Positions 48,723-59,394 of a DNA stretch of 64,000 bases are shown here, piece after piece. The translations under genes were made by a program, and so were the position numbers. The stretch's first letter is position 1, and every line of letters begins with the position of its first letter. The notes beneath the pieces are model-generated. The model was given only the letters and a program-made list of their open reading frames with translations. It did no database searches and was not told where the DNA came from. Source of the DNA: an uncultured Methanosarcinaceae archaeon (GTDB lineage Archaea; Halobacteriota; Methanosarcinia; Methanosarcinales; Methanosarcinaceae); assembly GCA_963733675.1 (NCBI GenBank), contig CAVTET010000004.1, positions 448,001 through 512,000 of the forward strand, given 5' to 3'.

Positions 48723-49907
48723 CTATTTTTTGTCTTCCTTTGATTCGTGTTTTTCAATTATCTTATTGTATAATTCAAAGGTCTTTTTAGCTATTGTTTT
48801 CCAGTTATATTTATGTTTTAGAAGATCATAACCTTTTTCCCCCATTTTGTTACGGCCAAGCCCTTCAATAACATAGTTAAGACCCCATGCAATGGATGAA
48901 GGTTCTCTATGAGCAATAATGCCTGTCTTGAAATTGTCCACAAGAGCTACTGCATCACTTGCAACTACAGGTTTTTTTGCATCCCAGGCTTCAAGTACAA
49001 CGATTCCAAAGGGCTCATTTCGACTAGGTACGCACACAAGATCACAGGCATTAAACCACTCTATTACAGTATTATCAGGGGCATATCCAAGGAAGTTACA
49101 AGAATTGCCAATGCCAAGTTTTTGAGCCTGATATTCACAGTGAGCACGCATCTCCCCTTCTCCTATAAGTACAAACTTGGCATTCTTCTTTTTGAGAACC
49201 TTTGCAGCCGCTTCCACAAGCAGGTCAGGCCCTTTCTGATATGCCATCCTTCCAGTGAAGAGTACAACTGGGAGACATGGATGAATGCCATAATTCTTTT
49301 TTACTTCCCCAGGATCGATTTCTCTTTTTATTTTTCCGACATTTATTCCGTTAGGAATCTCCCATAGCTTATAATCAGGAATTGTGTAAATCTGCCGAAT
49401 TTCTTCTTTCAATATGGTCGAGGTTGTGATCACAGCAGAAGATTCGTATCCTCCAAGCCACTCCCGATGAGATATTTCCTTTGCCTCCCACCAGTCTCCG
49501 TGGCGATTCCCGTTGCGTCCCCATTCAGTACTGTGAAAAGTCATCACAAAAGGCAACCTAAATTGGGCTTTAATCTTGCAGAGGACATTTACTGGATGCC
49601 AATCATGCCCTTGTAAGATGTCAAATTTACCTACTTTATCTCTGACATCCAAGAACCGAGAGTACATATTGTCGCACATTCTGTTCATTTGTTCCACTAG
49701 TCTTCCATTTTGATCACAAGCAACTCTATGATAGTGGACCTCATTAATTACTTCATCGCTGTTTCCATGGCCTCGTGTAAACAAATGGACATCATGCCCT
49801 TCTGCTGCTAAAGCATCTGAGAGTTCAGATACATGGGGTGCAATACCTCCTACACGTATCGAATACAAACTTTCCCAGGAAAATATTCCGATTCGAATTT
49901 TGTTCAT
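48723..49907 (-). CDS. GT4 glycosyltransferase
   Basis: VGGIAPHV, HDWH, HSTE, QKG, EPFGIVVLEA. Confidence 0.92.
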   Translation of the reverse strand: MNKIRIGIFSWESLYSIRVGGIAPHVSELSDALAAEGHDVHLFTRGHGNSDEVINEVHYHRVACDQNGRLVEQMNRMCDNMYSRFLDVRDKVGKFDILQGHDWHPVNVLCKIKAQFRLPFVMTFHSTEWGRNGNRHGDWWEAKEISHREWLGGYESSAVITTSTILKEEIRQIYTIPDYKLWEIPNGINVGKIKREIDPGEVKKNYGIHPCLPVVLFTGRMAYQKGPDLLVEAAAKVLKKKNAKFVLIGEGEMRAHCEYQAQKLGIGNSCNFLGYAPDNTVIEWFNACDLVCVPSRNEPFGIVVLEAWDAKKPVVASDAVALVDNFKTGIIAHREPSSIAWGLNYVIEGLGRNKMGEKGYDLLKHKYNWKTIAKKTFELYNKIIEKHESKEDKK

Positions 49908-50680
49908 AGATCCACTAACTCCTTTTTATCAGAATGAGGGCTAAGGAAATAAATAATGGAAAATGAGGATTTTTCCGTTGTCTGTTGAATCTCAACGTCC
50001 CTCAAGTTTATAGTAATTAATATTACTCTGCACAAAAATCAGACAATTATTAAAGAATTAGGATCACAAATAGCCTACCATAGCCCATTTCCAGCCCCCT
50101 AAACCTTCAATTGGCCATAAGTAGGTAGGTATCTAATCCTTAATTAATATCTGTAAAGGCAGTTTTTGCATCACTTATCGAGTCCTATAATCTATTTACT
50201 AACCTTATATTTACTTCTAGATAAATATATCTGTGAATTTTCCTAATATTTTGGACTAGGTAATAAGAATTTTTTCTTTTGAGATCCTCTTATGTAACAC
50301 GTTTCTTAGATATTATTAATTTCCCAGTGTGGTATTTTACCTAAGGCAGTAGATGATCCACTTTCCGAAGGAATCATATTATAAACATAATGTATTTTGC
50401 TAAAGCTCTGTAGGAATGGAAAACTTCGAAAGCACCCAAAAATTCAAGTGATATTCAAGAGTTCTAAGAGCTAAACAAGATATGGTTAAAAGACAAATTC
50501 CCAAAGACTCTTCAGTAACTTCTGAGAACAGATCTTCGAAGATCACTAACAGGGTAAAGAAATTTTTCCATTGCAGTTACAAATAAAGCTTGAAATGTTT
50601 CATTGGAAATATTTATATTCCAATGGTCTTTTGAGAAATAAAAGACAAAAGCTATACATTCATTTTTTCGAAAAAAAGCT

Positions 50681-50709
50681 ATTAGAAAGGATTTTTTTGC
50701 AACGGAACC
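50681..50709 (-). mobile_element. Solo IS6 left end
   Basis: ATTAGAAAGGATTTTTTTGCAACGGAACC, equivalent to 54938-54965. Confidence 0.8.
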
Positions 50710-51120
50710 AGGAATATTGATTGGACTACTCTGATCTTCTTCGTTTCAATGTTCGTTCTGATGAAAAGCGTATGGATTTCTGGAACATTTAAAGGTTTAC
50801 TTGACAAACTATCTTATAATTTAGGTTCGATGCCAGTAATCCTTGCAGTCAGTATTGGATTCAGCCAATTTATTCCTAATGTTCCTTTTGTTGCGCTTTA
50901 CTTACCTGCAATGGGTAATGCTGTTTCTCAAGAACAACTGATGGCACTTGCAGCAGGAAGTACGATAGCGGGTAATTTATTAATCTTTGGAGCTGCAAGT
51001 AATGTTATAATTATCCAGAATGCAGAAAAAGAAGGCGAAACCCTTTCATTTATCGAATTCTTAAAAGTTGGATTTTTAATAACATTTTTGGATGCAATTA
51101 TCTATTATATTTTCCTTTAA
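50710..51120 (+). pseudogene. 3' fragment of an ArsB/SLC13-type anion permease
   Basis: IDWTTLIFF...PNVPFVAL...AGSTIAGNL..GAASNVII; begins exactly at the IS6 end. Confidence 0.8.
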
Positions 51121-51178
51121 CTCTTAAGAGATGCACTCAAATTTATTTTAAAGACTGTCTGAAAATAAAGAAAATACA

Positions 51179-51328
51179 GGTTCCGTTGCAAAAAATCTGG
51201 CTTTCTTGCAAAATCAGAAAAAACCTTCATAATTAGGAAAGTTAATCATTTTCATTAGAAAGAAAATGATACATAAAGGTGAAAATTATAGTGTCAAAAT
51301 GCAGAAATATTATTTTTGCAACGGAACC
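51179..51328. mobile_element. IS6-derived MITE (150 bp)
   Basis: Perfect IS6 IRs GGTTCCGTTGCAAAAA / TTTTTGCAACGGAACC around a non-coding interior. Confidence 0.9.
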
Positions 51329-51860
51329 TTATCGATGAGCTCATATCTCACCAAATCCATCAATAATTTATTGAGATCCAAAAACATTTCTTTATGCTTG
51401 CTAAAAATTTCACAAGATTAAAATTTTCATGAAAAAATTGAATAGCAAGAATAGATTCGATAGGAACGCATATATTTTGTTTGGAATTGTATGGAATGTT
51501 TCTATTTTGTGTTTGTACTCATTGAACCAAATAATAGAAACAAAAACATTTCTTTTTACTCAATTGTTAAAATTCGGCTATAAATGCAATCGACAACCTT
51601 CACTTTGAATATAACTTATTTGGATACTGTAGTAGAGCTTTTTGCATAGAACACCTGTCTTAGTTAAAGCTTTGAGAGAAAATCCTTCGACTAAGTTTGT
51701 GGAACAATCTATAAGTGCAAGTCTAAAGTGGGTCTTATAGCAAAAATTTCAGATAAGTCTGGAAATTAAGGTAATTTCAAACAAAGAAATATGCAAACTT
51801 CAGGAAAATCCAGCTTTGTAATCATATTAATTCAAACCAGCTGAAAGTTAGCCATAATAA

Positions 51861-51948
51861 AAATTTGATAAACCTTAGATTTTCAATAAATTGCTTATTC
51901 AGAATTTATAAATAACAAGCCAAAAATTGGGGTTTGTCAAAATTTTCG
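51861..51948. mobile_element. MITE family A copy (degenerate)
   Basis: AATTTGATAAACC ... GGGGTTTGTCAAAATT. Confidence 0.45.
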
Positions 51949-51958
51949 ATAATTTTTT

Positions 51959-52876
51959 TTATTTAGATTTCTGAATATCTAAATCCTCGTTTGCCTTTTT
52001 TGTGTCCACATCTATCCAGAGATGCAAATCCCTGTAGGGCATAATTCTGTCGGTTTCGTTGAACAGCAGGAACTCAAGCTTCATATTCTTTCCTTCTGAA
52101 GAAGGTGTAAAAGTAACTGGTTCTTTCCATATCTCATTATTAGCAAGACTGATTTTTTTCTGATTTTCCGGAAGGGGTAGAGATTTATTTTTAAGTTTTA
52201 TATCCATTGTATAGTTCATAGACCTATACTCATGGTTTATTATTCCCACTATTAAAGTACCTTTTTCCCCGACAACATACTTTGTGGTGTAGTTGTCGGC
52301 TTTTCCTTCAGGCCCGAGAATATAGAACTCGGTGAAATGTTCTCCTTCCTTTGGGATTAGAATTATATATACAAGAGTTGTGACAGACAGGAGAATTGAG
52401 AAGATCATAAAAACTGTAAGTGCTTTATCTAGTCTTGACTCTGGCTTTTCCAGGATCTCGGCTCTCAGAGAAAGTATCATTTTCCCAAAGGGTACTTTAA
52501 AAGCGTCGCTTTCCGAAAGTTTTGCCCGTCGCAGGTACGCAATCTCGCACATTACAAAGGTGAAAACTGAAAGGCTTATGAGGGCTGGTAGGAGCCTTAT
52601 CCCCCAGGGGGTGAAGTTAAGGCCAAGCCCTATCAGGGGTACTACTGCAATGCTCAGCCCAAATGAAAGAGCTATCCTCTCGATTCCGTCAATGTCGCAA
52701 TTTGCGGGAAAGAGTGCTGCGATAAGAGAATAACCTGGTAGGAAAAGCACGAGTGGTACGCCAAGTATATTTCTAATTACAGTTTCACTTAATTCAGGCG
52801 TGAGCACAAAGATATCTGTGAGGAGCACGAGCACAATAACGATCAAGAGGTCTGAGGGAATTTTCTTTCCGGTCAT
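51959..52876 (-). CDS. DUF1616 membrane protein
   Basis: FLPGY, ERIALSFGLS, FTEFYILG, KLEFLL, LHLWI. Confidence 0.88.
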   Translation of the reverse strand: MTGKKIPSDLLIVIVLVLLTDIFVLTPELSETVIRNILGVPLVLFLPGYSLIAALFPANCDIDGIERIALSFGLSIAVVPLIGLGLNFTPWGIRLLPALISLSVFTFVMCEIAYLRRAKLSESDAFKVPFGKMILSLRAEILEKPESRLDKALTVFMIFSILLSVTTLVYIILIPKEGEHFTEFYILGPEGKADNYTTKYVVGEKGTLIVGIINHEYRSMNYTMDIKLKNKSLPLPENQKKISLANNEIWKEPVTFTPSSEGKNMKLEFLLFNETDRIMPYRDLHLWIDVDTKKANEDLDIQKSK

Positions 52877-54110
52877 TTAGGTCATCGGGCCATCGTCAAA
52901 AAAATTGTTTGTCATTCATTTTTTTCGGGAAAGTAAATGCTTTTTCTAATGCATTTTACCCTTTCGCTTTATTTTTTTACCTTGATGAATATTTATTTAG
53001 AAGTTTCAAAAAATTTCACATATTTAATCTCTTTCATTCCTTTTCACGAATGTCTGGCCTATTCCCCATTTTTTCTCGTAGGGAAATGTGGCAAGTGGTA
53101 TGTGCAGATAGAATACATTATTGAAGGCTTAGGTTTGCAGAGAAAACTTTTGGAATAGGTACATAGGCCTGCATACTTGGGGCATAAATTAATAAGTTTC
53201 ACAGACTTTTGATGGGATATATTTAGTCCCAATGATGCTGTTTTCTGGATCAGTTACTTTGTCATTTGGTATTCATTAATTAATCATCTAATTTTTCGCT
53301 AGATATTAACCTAAATATTACTGGTATTCTATTTATAATCATATTTCAATATCAATTCACTGATATTATATATTTTTACAATTATATTAATTTTCATATT
53401 GCTATAATCTAAAATGTATTCACTAAAATGGTGTGATTTCTTAGAGGATTTTGATAAATATCTTTACATTTTTTAAGACTACCTAAATAAACAGCAAACT
53501 CTTCGGATTATAGGTCTAAACAAACTAAATTACTTCCATCTTATTCTTTTGTAACTTCCTTTCCACAATCAAAAGGTTGTGGACAAAATGAATCGTGGAG
53601 TTTCTAGGGTCTATTTCCATGAAATTCGCATTCTCTTGCAGAAATGGGTTTTTCTAAGAGGAATTTACATCATATGAAGCAAAACACCGAAAGTGAGATT
53701 AATTGACTTGGCACTCATTAGAGATCTATATTGTAAATAAAGTACTCTTGCCAAATATTTATAAATAAATCTATAGAAATCGGGAAAGAATTGAAGTTAA
53801 AATATTTTGGTTGTCTTCGTGTCTGAAGGCAAAAACTCAGTTAGTAGAAATGGGGAGAAGGCTTGAGTTAAAACATTGGTATAAGGGATAAAATTCAAAT
53901 ACATAAATTTATACGACAGTAGGATCTGAAACTATCGCTTTGGTTTGGATTAGCAACCCTAGCACATGGATTATCTTTGTAATAAAATATCTTACTCTAT
54001 GTTACTCTGATCTAGACAATATTTTATAATGTGGCACATTGAGTTATACTGATCCTAAACGCAATTCTGCGGAAAAACCTGATGAAGAATAACATTACGA
54101 TTTTCACGAG

Positions 54111-54965
54111 GGTTCCGTTGCAAAAACTTCAACAAAATATGTAAATCTATAAGTGATTAATAAAAATCAAAACATTCAAGGAAAATGTACTAACATTATA
54201 AAACTATACCAAATAATTGATTAATGTATTTGACTTCATTAAGAACAGAGTAATTTAAATCGATTACTTGTCCTTTTTTGATCATATTTATAGCTTCAAT
54301 TCCTTTTAAAGTCTTATTAGCAGATCGAAAAGACTGAAATCCTAACATTGGATTAACGATTCGCTTTATAGATCTGTGATCTTGTTCTATAATGTTATTC
54401 AAATACTTGATTTGTCGAATGCCTACGTTTTTAGGTAGTATTTTATCAATTTTTAGTTTATCTATAGCAGGTGGATAAGCTGGATTCTTATCAACGGTTA
54501 TTAATCTTGGAATTTGATTATGATTAGAACTTAAAGCTTTCTTAAAGAATCTCTTCGCTGCCTTTCTATCTCGTTTTGAACTTAACATGAAATCAATTGT
54601 ATCTCCATTTGAGTCAACTGCTCGGTAAAAATATTTCCATTTACCTTTTACTTTGATATAGGTTTCATCAACTCTCCACGAATCATTTGTTGGTCTTAAA
54701 TGTCTTCTTATCTTCTTTTCTATTTAAGGGGAATATTGATGTACCCGTCTCATGATTGTTGTATGGTCGACTTTTACTCCCCTTTCTGCCATCATTTCCT
54801 TTAAATTTCTATAACTTAATGCATATTTTAAGTACCATCTTACATTCAATAAGATAATTTCCCCTTCATAATGCTTCCATTTAAAGGAATTAGATAGCAT
54901 GTTACTATCTTTGGTTTTCTTTTTATTCTATTGTATCATTAGAAAGGATTTTTTGCAACGGAACC
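54111..54965 (-). mobile_element. IS6-family element (855 bp) with nonsense mutation
   Basis: Both IRs intact; near-identical to 7728-8582; in-frame TAA at 54724-54726. Confidence 0.96.
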
Positions 54966-55405
54966 ATTTCTAGTGACCTAGGTTTTGATAATTACTTTGA
55001 AATAATAATCTTTTTTTAAAAATATAATTAATTAGTTAATTTACTATAGTTCAATGAATTAAATGAAATTGCATTTTTTTTTAAAACTGAAGAAAAACCT
55101 AAAAAAATAAAAAATTCTGAAAGTAACAACCCGAGCTCTCTCATAGCAACGTGAAATAGATTATTTATCTGTTTGAAGAATATTCTGAAGGAATTTGCCA
55201 TAAAAGTCACAATAGAAAAATAAAGCAAAGAAAAATTTTCTCTGCTCCAATATAATGGAATTAGTTTTAATTTCTTATTTTCTAAGACTTACTAGTTGAA
55301 TGATTAAATAAAGTACATGAAGCTTCTCAATATTTATTGGGATTTAGATACTGAAGTGCTTAACGCTTTCTTTCTTCAGTCAAACTGCGTAAGTCTTATT
55401 TTCGT

Positions 55406-56356
55406 TTACGTTAGTTTGGTTACCGGGTGATTTGCCAGATCCGCGATCTCGACACCGAGTTCTTTTGCGGTCTCACCAAGCATGATGTCGACCATTGCTA
55501 CAGCCGGAAAGATCTGGTTGACGTTCTCAATAGGTCCATAGAGGAGAAAATCTGAACCTGCAATCTGTGCTACTAGGTTAGTACCAATGTCTGTAGGCAT
55601 GTAGATAGCTTTTGGATCAGGCTGAGTTTTCTTGAACTTCCGGAGCCAATCCCAGGCAGAAGCCATATTATGGAACCCTCCACCAATAGGTAGCCCAATT
55701 TTTGCTTTGATTGTGGGTATCGAGCGAATTGTGGCTCCAGAACCTGCGCCAAGAGGCATTGCTGCAACGTCTATCAAGGGCGTCTTGATCCCACATTCCT
55801 TTGCGATCTGAATCATCCCTTTTGTTTGTCCGGAACCGCCGACTTCAAGTATGTCTAGTTTTCCTTTTACAGTAGGGTCAGTTGCATTGAAGGCTAGCAC
55901 AATTGCTGCTTCCACGTCACTTTCAGTAAGGACGTCAATTTCACTCTGTTCAATGCTTGCATTGATCGAGTTATGTACAGCTCTGTGTGCAACGCCGATT
56001 TCAGAACAGTATTTAGCAGCAGCAGCCCTTACATCTCCGGCAGAGGAGTCGATTAAGAAAGGAGTGTGGTCATCGATTTCAACGAACCACTTTATGTAAT
56101 TCACAATTGCTTCTGGGGTTTCACCCACGATCTGATTTGCATAGGGAAGCCCTGTGGCATCGCTCATTGCTACCTGCGTGTTCCAAAGCGTTTCAGCAGT
56201 TGCCTTATCGAAAATCCCCTTGTCTTCGTCTGACACGATCTTATGTCTTCCGTAGAACATAGTGCTTACTAATACAGTCGGATATTCACCTGGCTGACCG
56301 CCGAATTTGACTCCACCTAGATCAAAAACTTCCTGTTTTCTATCAAATTTGAACAT
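55406..56356 (-). CDS. mtrH: Mtr methyltransferase subunit H
   Basis: MFKFDRKQEVF, GGQPGEYPT, FLIDS, YGPIEN. Confidence 0.97.
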   Translation of the reverse strand: MFKFDRKQEVFDLGGVKFGGQPGEYPTVLVSTMFYGRHKIVSDEDKGIFDKATAETLWNTQVAMSDATGLPYANQIVGETPEAIVNYIKWFVEIDDHTPFLIDSSAGDVRAAAAKYCSEIGVAHRAVHNSINASIEQSEIDVLTESDVEAAIVLAFNATDPTVKGKLDILEVGGSGQTKGMIQIAKECGIKTPLIDVAAMPLGAGSGATIRSIPTIKAKIGLPIGGGFHNMASAWDWLRKFKKTQPDPKAIYMPTDIGTNLVAQIAGSDFLLYGPIENVNQIFPAVAMVDIMLGETAKELGVEIADLANHPVTKLT

Positions 56357-56372
56357 TTTAAACCCTCATTTG

Positions 56373-56603
56373 TTAATGTATTAATCTGAACATTGATGAT
56401 ACCGAGATATAGATCAGGAAGAGCAGCAGGCCGATAACGCTGCCATATAAAATTCCAATGTCTCTTCCTACTTTTCTACCAATTCTCTGTGCAATTTCAC
56501 TGCCAACGAACTCGACCTTTTCATCAATCTTGTCGAGTCTCTTCATGACCACATTGAACTCAGTTTGATCTACAATAACTACGGGTGCTTTTCCATCACT
56601 CAT
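56373..56603 (-). CDS. mtrG: Mtr subunit G
   Basis: [11 protein letters not shown]...[16 protein letters not shown]. Confidence 0.95.
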   Translation of the reverse strand: MSDGKAPVVIVDQTEFNVVMKRLDKIDEKVEFVGSEIAQRIGRKVGRDIGILYGSVIGLLLFLIYISVSSMFRLIH

Positions 56604-56608
56604 AGTAT

Positions 56609-56830
56609 TCACCTCCACAACAACAACGGGACTACGATTATCATCAGAAATACAAATATGAATCCCGCTGCGAACCCTAAGATCCCGGTAGAATTTATCC
56701 CAGAATCCAGTTTCTGGTTTCTCGCGATTAACTGGGCCCTATACCGGATACTTTCGACAGTCGAATCTATTGCACCCATCTGAGGGGTGGTTACCATCGG
56801 AACTCCTTTTTCGTATTCAGTTTCTGCCAT
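56609..56830 (-). CDS. mtrF: Mtr subunit F
   Basis: [17 protein letters not shown] plus one TM helix. Confidence 0.95.
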   Translation of the reverse strand: MAETEYEKGVPMVTTPQMGAIDSTVESIRYRAQLIARNQKLDSGINSTGILGFAAGFIFVFLMIIVVPLLLWR

Positions 56831-56834
56831 TCTT

Positions 56835-57557
56835 TTACCTCCCTACTAATAAAAATCCGAGCAAAGCGATGGTAAAAGTTAATCCTATCATGAACCCTTC
56901 CATTTTTCCAGCACCTACACCGGAGTGGTACTTATTGAGGTTTCCGATGTCTACAAGGCTACTTTCAATTCCTTTCATCCTATTGCGGACCATCGCAATT
57001 TCAGCACCAAGTGGTCTTATCCCAGAGATTTCTTCTTCTTCTCCTGCTCCCTCGGCAATCTTTATTATGAGAGGTTCGCCGTCAAAAGCTCCCGGGTCTT
57101 TTGAGACAAGTTCTTTTATCTTGGAGCTAATTGCACCCATATCTTCGGTATCAAGCAAATTGATGACCTGAACTTGTTGCTGGAAACGGACAATCGCATC
57201 AGCATCTAGGTTTTCCACATATGGAATTGCGCCTACAGCTCCTACAATCCTGTTTTCCTTCACACCGTTTGCATGCAGGGCGATTATTGACTGTCCGATT
57301 ACGTGTCCCTTAACCTCAGCACCAGTCACAAGGAGAAACCTGATATTAGGGTTTGATATAATATGGGCAACGACCTTTTCAATGCCGAGATTTTCTGTTT
57401 TACACGATCCTGTGATTGATGCACCTGCATCAAGAATTGGTTTTCCAGGAAGGTGTGAACCGCAGGTAATTACCAGTACTGGGTTTTTGGGATCCCCAAC
57501 TTCATATTCACCTTTCAGTATGGGCCATCCTGGGGCAGCATCTTTCTTTTCTACCAT
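56835..57557 (-). CDS. mtrA: Mtr subunit A (corrinoid protein)
   Basis: [23 protein letters not shown] cobamide His, GAIPYVEN. Confidence 0.97.
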   Translation of the reverse strand: MVEKKDAAPGWPILKGEYEVGDPKNPVLVITCGSHLPGKPILDAGASITGSCKTENLGIEKVVAHIISNPNIRFLLVTGAEVKGHVIGQSIIALHANGVKENRIVGAVGAIPYVENLDADAIVRFQQQVQVINLLDTEDMGAISSKIKELVSKDPGAFDGEPLIIKIAEGAGEEEEISGIRPLGAEIAMVRNRMKGIESSLVDIGNLNKYHSGVGAGKMEGFMIGLTFTIALLGFLLVGR

Positions 57558-57558
57558 T

Positions 57559-57882
57559 TTAAGCGCCTCCCATTGCAATCCTCAGGTATATATATAGGAC
57601 TACCATCGCAAAGAAAAAAAAGCCAACAACTATCCCATACCAAGCATTGGTATAGAATCCAGCTATGTAAGACATGTGTTCACGTCCCGGCCATGTGTTA
57701 AGGAGCGGCTTGCTCGGGGCAAGAGAATCTATGAGGTCTTCTGCAATTAGATCCAGCTTGTCCAATTTTTCATAGACAGGAGCCAAGCTGTACTGGATAA
57801 TGTCTTCTCGTTCCTGTGCAACAGTACCTGATTCTGTATCCATTACTAGATGTATCTCTGGAGCTATGCGAACGATACTCAT
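57559..57882 (-). CDS. mtrB: Mtr subunit B
   Basis: MSIVRIAPE, PGRE, AGFYTN; operon position. Confidence 0.94.
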   Translation of the reverse strand: MSIVRIAPEIHLVMDTESGTVAQEREDIIQYSLAPVYEKLDKLDLIAEDLIDSLAPSKPLLNTWPGREHMSYIAGFYTNAWYGIVVGFFFFAMVVLYIYLRIAMGGA

Positions 57883-58667
57883 TGCATTTCCTCCTCAGTA
57901 GGCAGCATTCCAGTATCTAAAACTTTGTATGCATCTCTTTTGACAAAGCTGTAGTATTTGTTGAAGCCTTTATACCATATGAAGATTCCAATGAGCATTG
58001 TCACAGCGATTGCTCCCAAACCTGCTACGGATGCGAAGCCTGAAAGGACCATGGCAATTCCCGCTTTTTCCATAGCGAGTGAAAGGCTTCTGTCCTGCAT
58101 TTCATCGGGCCCCAGGTTTGAATTGAATGGGTGCAGCATTGCCATACCACCGGCAATGTAAATCATCATTATAAAGCCTGTTGCAATCACATCTTTAACG
58201 ACTAATACATAATCAAGAGAGCCGGCAATTACAATACTAAATCCAAGAATTAGAAGAGTTCCGGCCCCCGCAATCTCTAGCGTTGCCCTTTCCATGATTG
58301 GGATACCCATCCCAATTATCTTGTTGGCAAGTATACCTATTATAGCTCCGATGACACACGCGGTAATAAATGCAATAATGGGGCCTGCCACTCCTCCGAT
58401 AGAAAGCCCAAATAGAGTGGCAATTACTCCCATACCAAGGGCGAGCATACCAATTGACGGTACACCTGTCCCAAGTCCATAGCTAGCAACACGTCGGACT
58501 ACATCAGCGCCCCAAACACTGGCGCAGATTGCTCCAAGAGCTCCGAAGAATACAAAGACGTGGTTTATTGGGGCAAGGAAATATGCGAGATATATTCCAA
58601 CGAGGCCTCCAACTACACCTAAAGCTAACATTGTATTTGGAGGGTATTTATTTTTTGCATCTGACAT
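57879..58667 (-). CDS. mtrC: Mtr subunit C
   Basis: RRVASYGLGTGVPSIG, HPFN..LGPDE. Confidence 0.96.
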   Translation of the reverse strand: MSDAKNKYPPNTMLALGVVGGLVGIYLAYFLAPINHVFVFFGALGAICASVWGADVVRRVASYGLGTGVPSIGMLALGMGVIATLFGLSIGGVAGPIIAFITACVIGAIIGILANKIIGMGIPIMERATLEIAGAGTLLILGFSIVIAGSLDYVLVVKDVIATGFIMMIYIAGGMAMLHPFNSNLGPDEMQDRSLSLAMEKAGIAMVLSGFASVAGLGAIAVTMLIGIFIWYKGFNKYYSFVKRDAYKVLDTGMLPTEEEMQ

Positions 58668-58668
58668 T

Positions 58669-59394
58669 TTAGAGACCCCCTCCTAGACTTCCAACTGCTA
58701 CTACTGCTACAATAGCGCAGAAAATTGATGCAATGAAGGAAGCAAGAGCTGCTTTTGGCCATTTTTTGAATTTAGGATCATGGTATCCTTCAATGGTACC
58801 ACCAATGTTGTAAGAAGGTATAACCGAGTTTATAAAGAAGAAACCTATGGTGAAAGTAGATACAACAGCTGAAAGGTTCAGATCAGTTACTGGGAGAGTT
58901 GATACTTTCATGAGAGCATAGTATACAAGTGCACCCCCAAGTCCTCCAAGGGCAGCTCCGATAGTTGCACTTACGAAACAGACTGTTGGAATACCATGTC
59001 CTTCAGTACCTTGGGACACATAGAGGTCCTGTCTGTACTTTGTAATGGGATCATACTTTACTTTAGCCGAAACTGGAATAACGCCCACACCATAGACATA
59101 GACCCAAGTAGCTACTATCATGGTTGCAGCTAACATGACCATTGAACCGACTGCTCCAGCAGCTATGACCAGAGGGAGATTTTGGTTTACAGCCATTACA
59201 GTTCCAGCGGCTATGATCCCAGCAATTCCAGCTCCAGCTGCAAGCATAACAGTACCTGTGCCGATACCTGTTGCCTGAGACATTGCAGCGGGGGCACCAC
59301 CTACAGGTATGAAGTGAACGCTCTGGGAAATCAGCGTACCACCGATTACGATCGCCAGGATCCAAATAAGATTGGCTGTAATGAGTTCTATCAC
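58669..59394 (-). CDS. mtrD: Mtr subunit D
   Basis: VHFIPVGGAPAAM, GTEGHG, SYNIGGTIEG.HDPKF. Confidence 0.96.
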   Translation of the reverse strand: MIELITANLIWILAIVIGGTLISQSVHFIPVGGAPAAMSQATGIGTGTVMLAAGAGIAGIIAAGTVMAVNQNLPLVIAAGAVGSMVMLAATMIVATWVYVYGVGVIPVSAKVKYDPITKYRQDLYVSQGTEGHGIPTVCFVSATIGAALGGLGGALVYYALMKVSTLPVTDLNLSAVVSTFTIGFFFINSVIPSYNIGGTIEGYHDPKFKKWPKAALASFIASIFCAIVAVVAVGSLGGGL

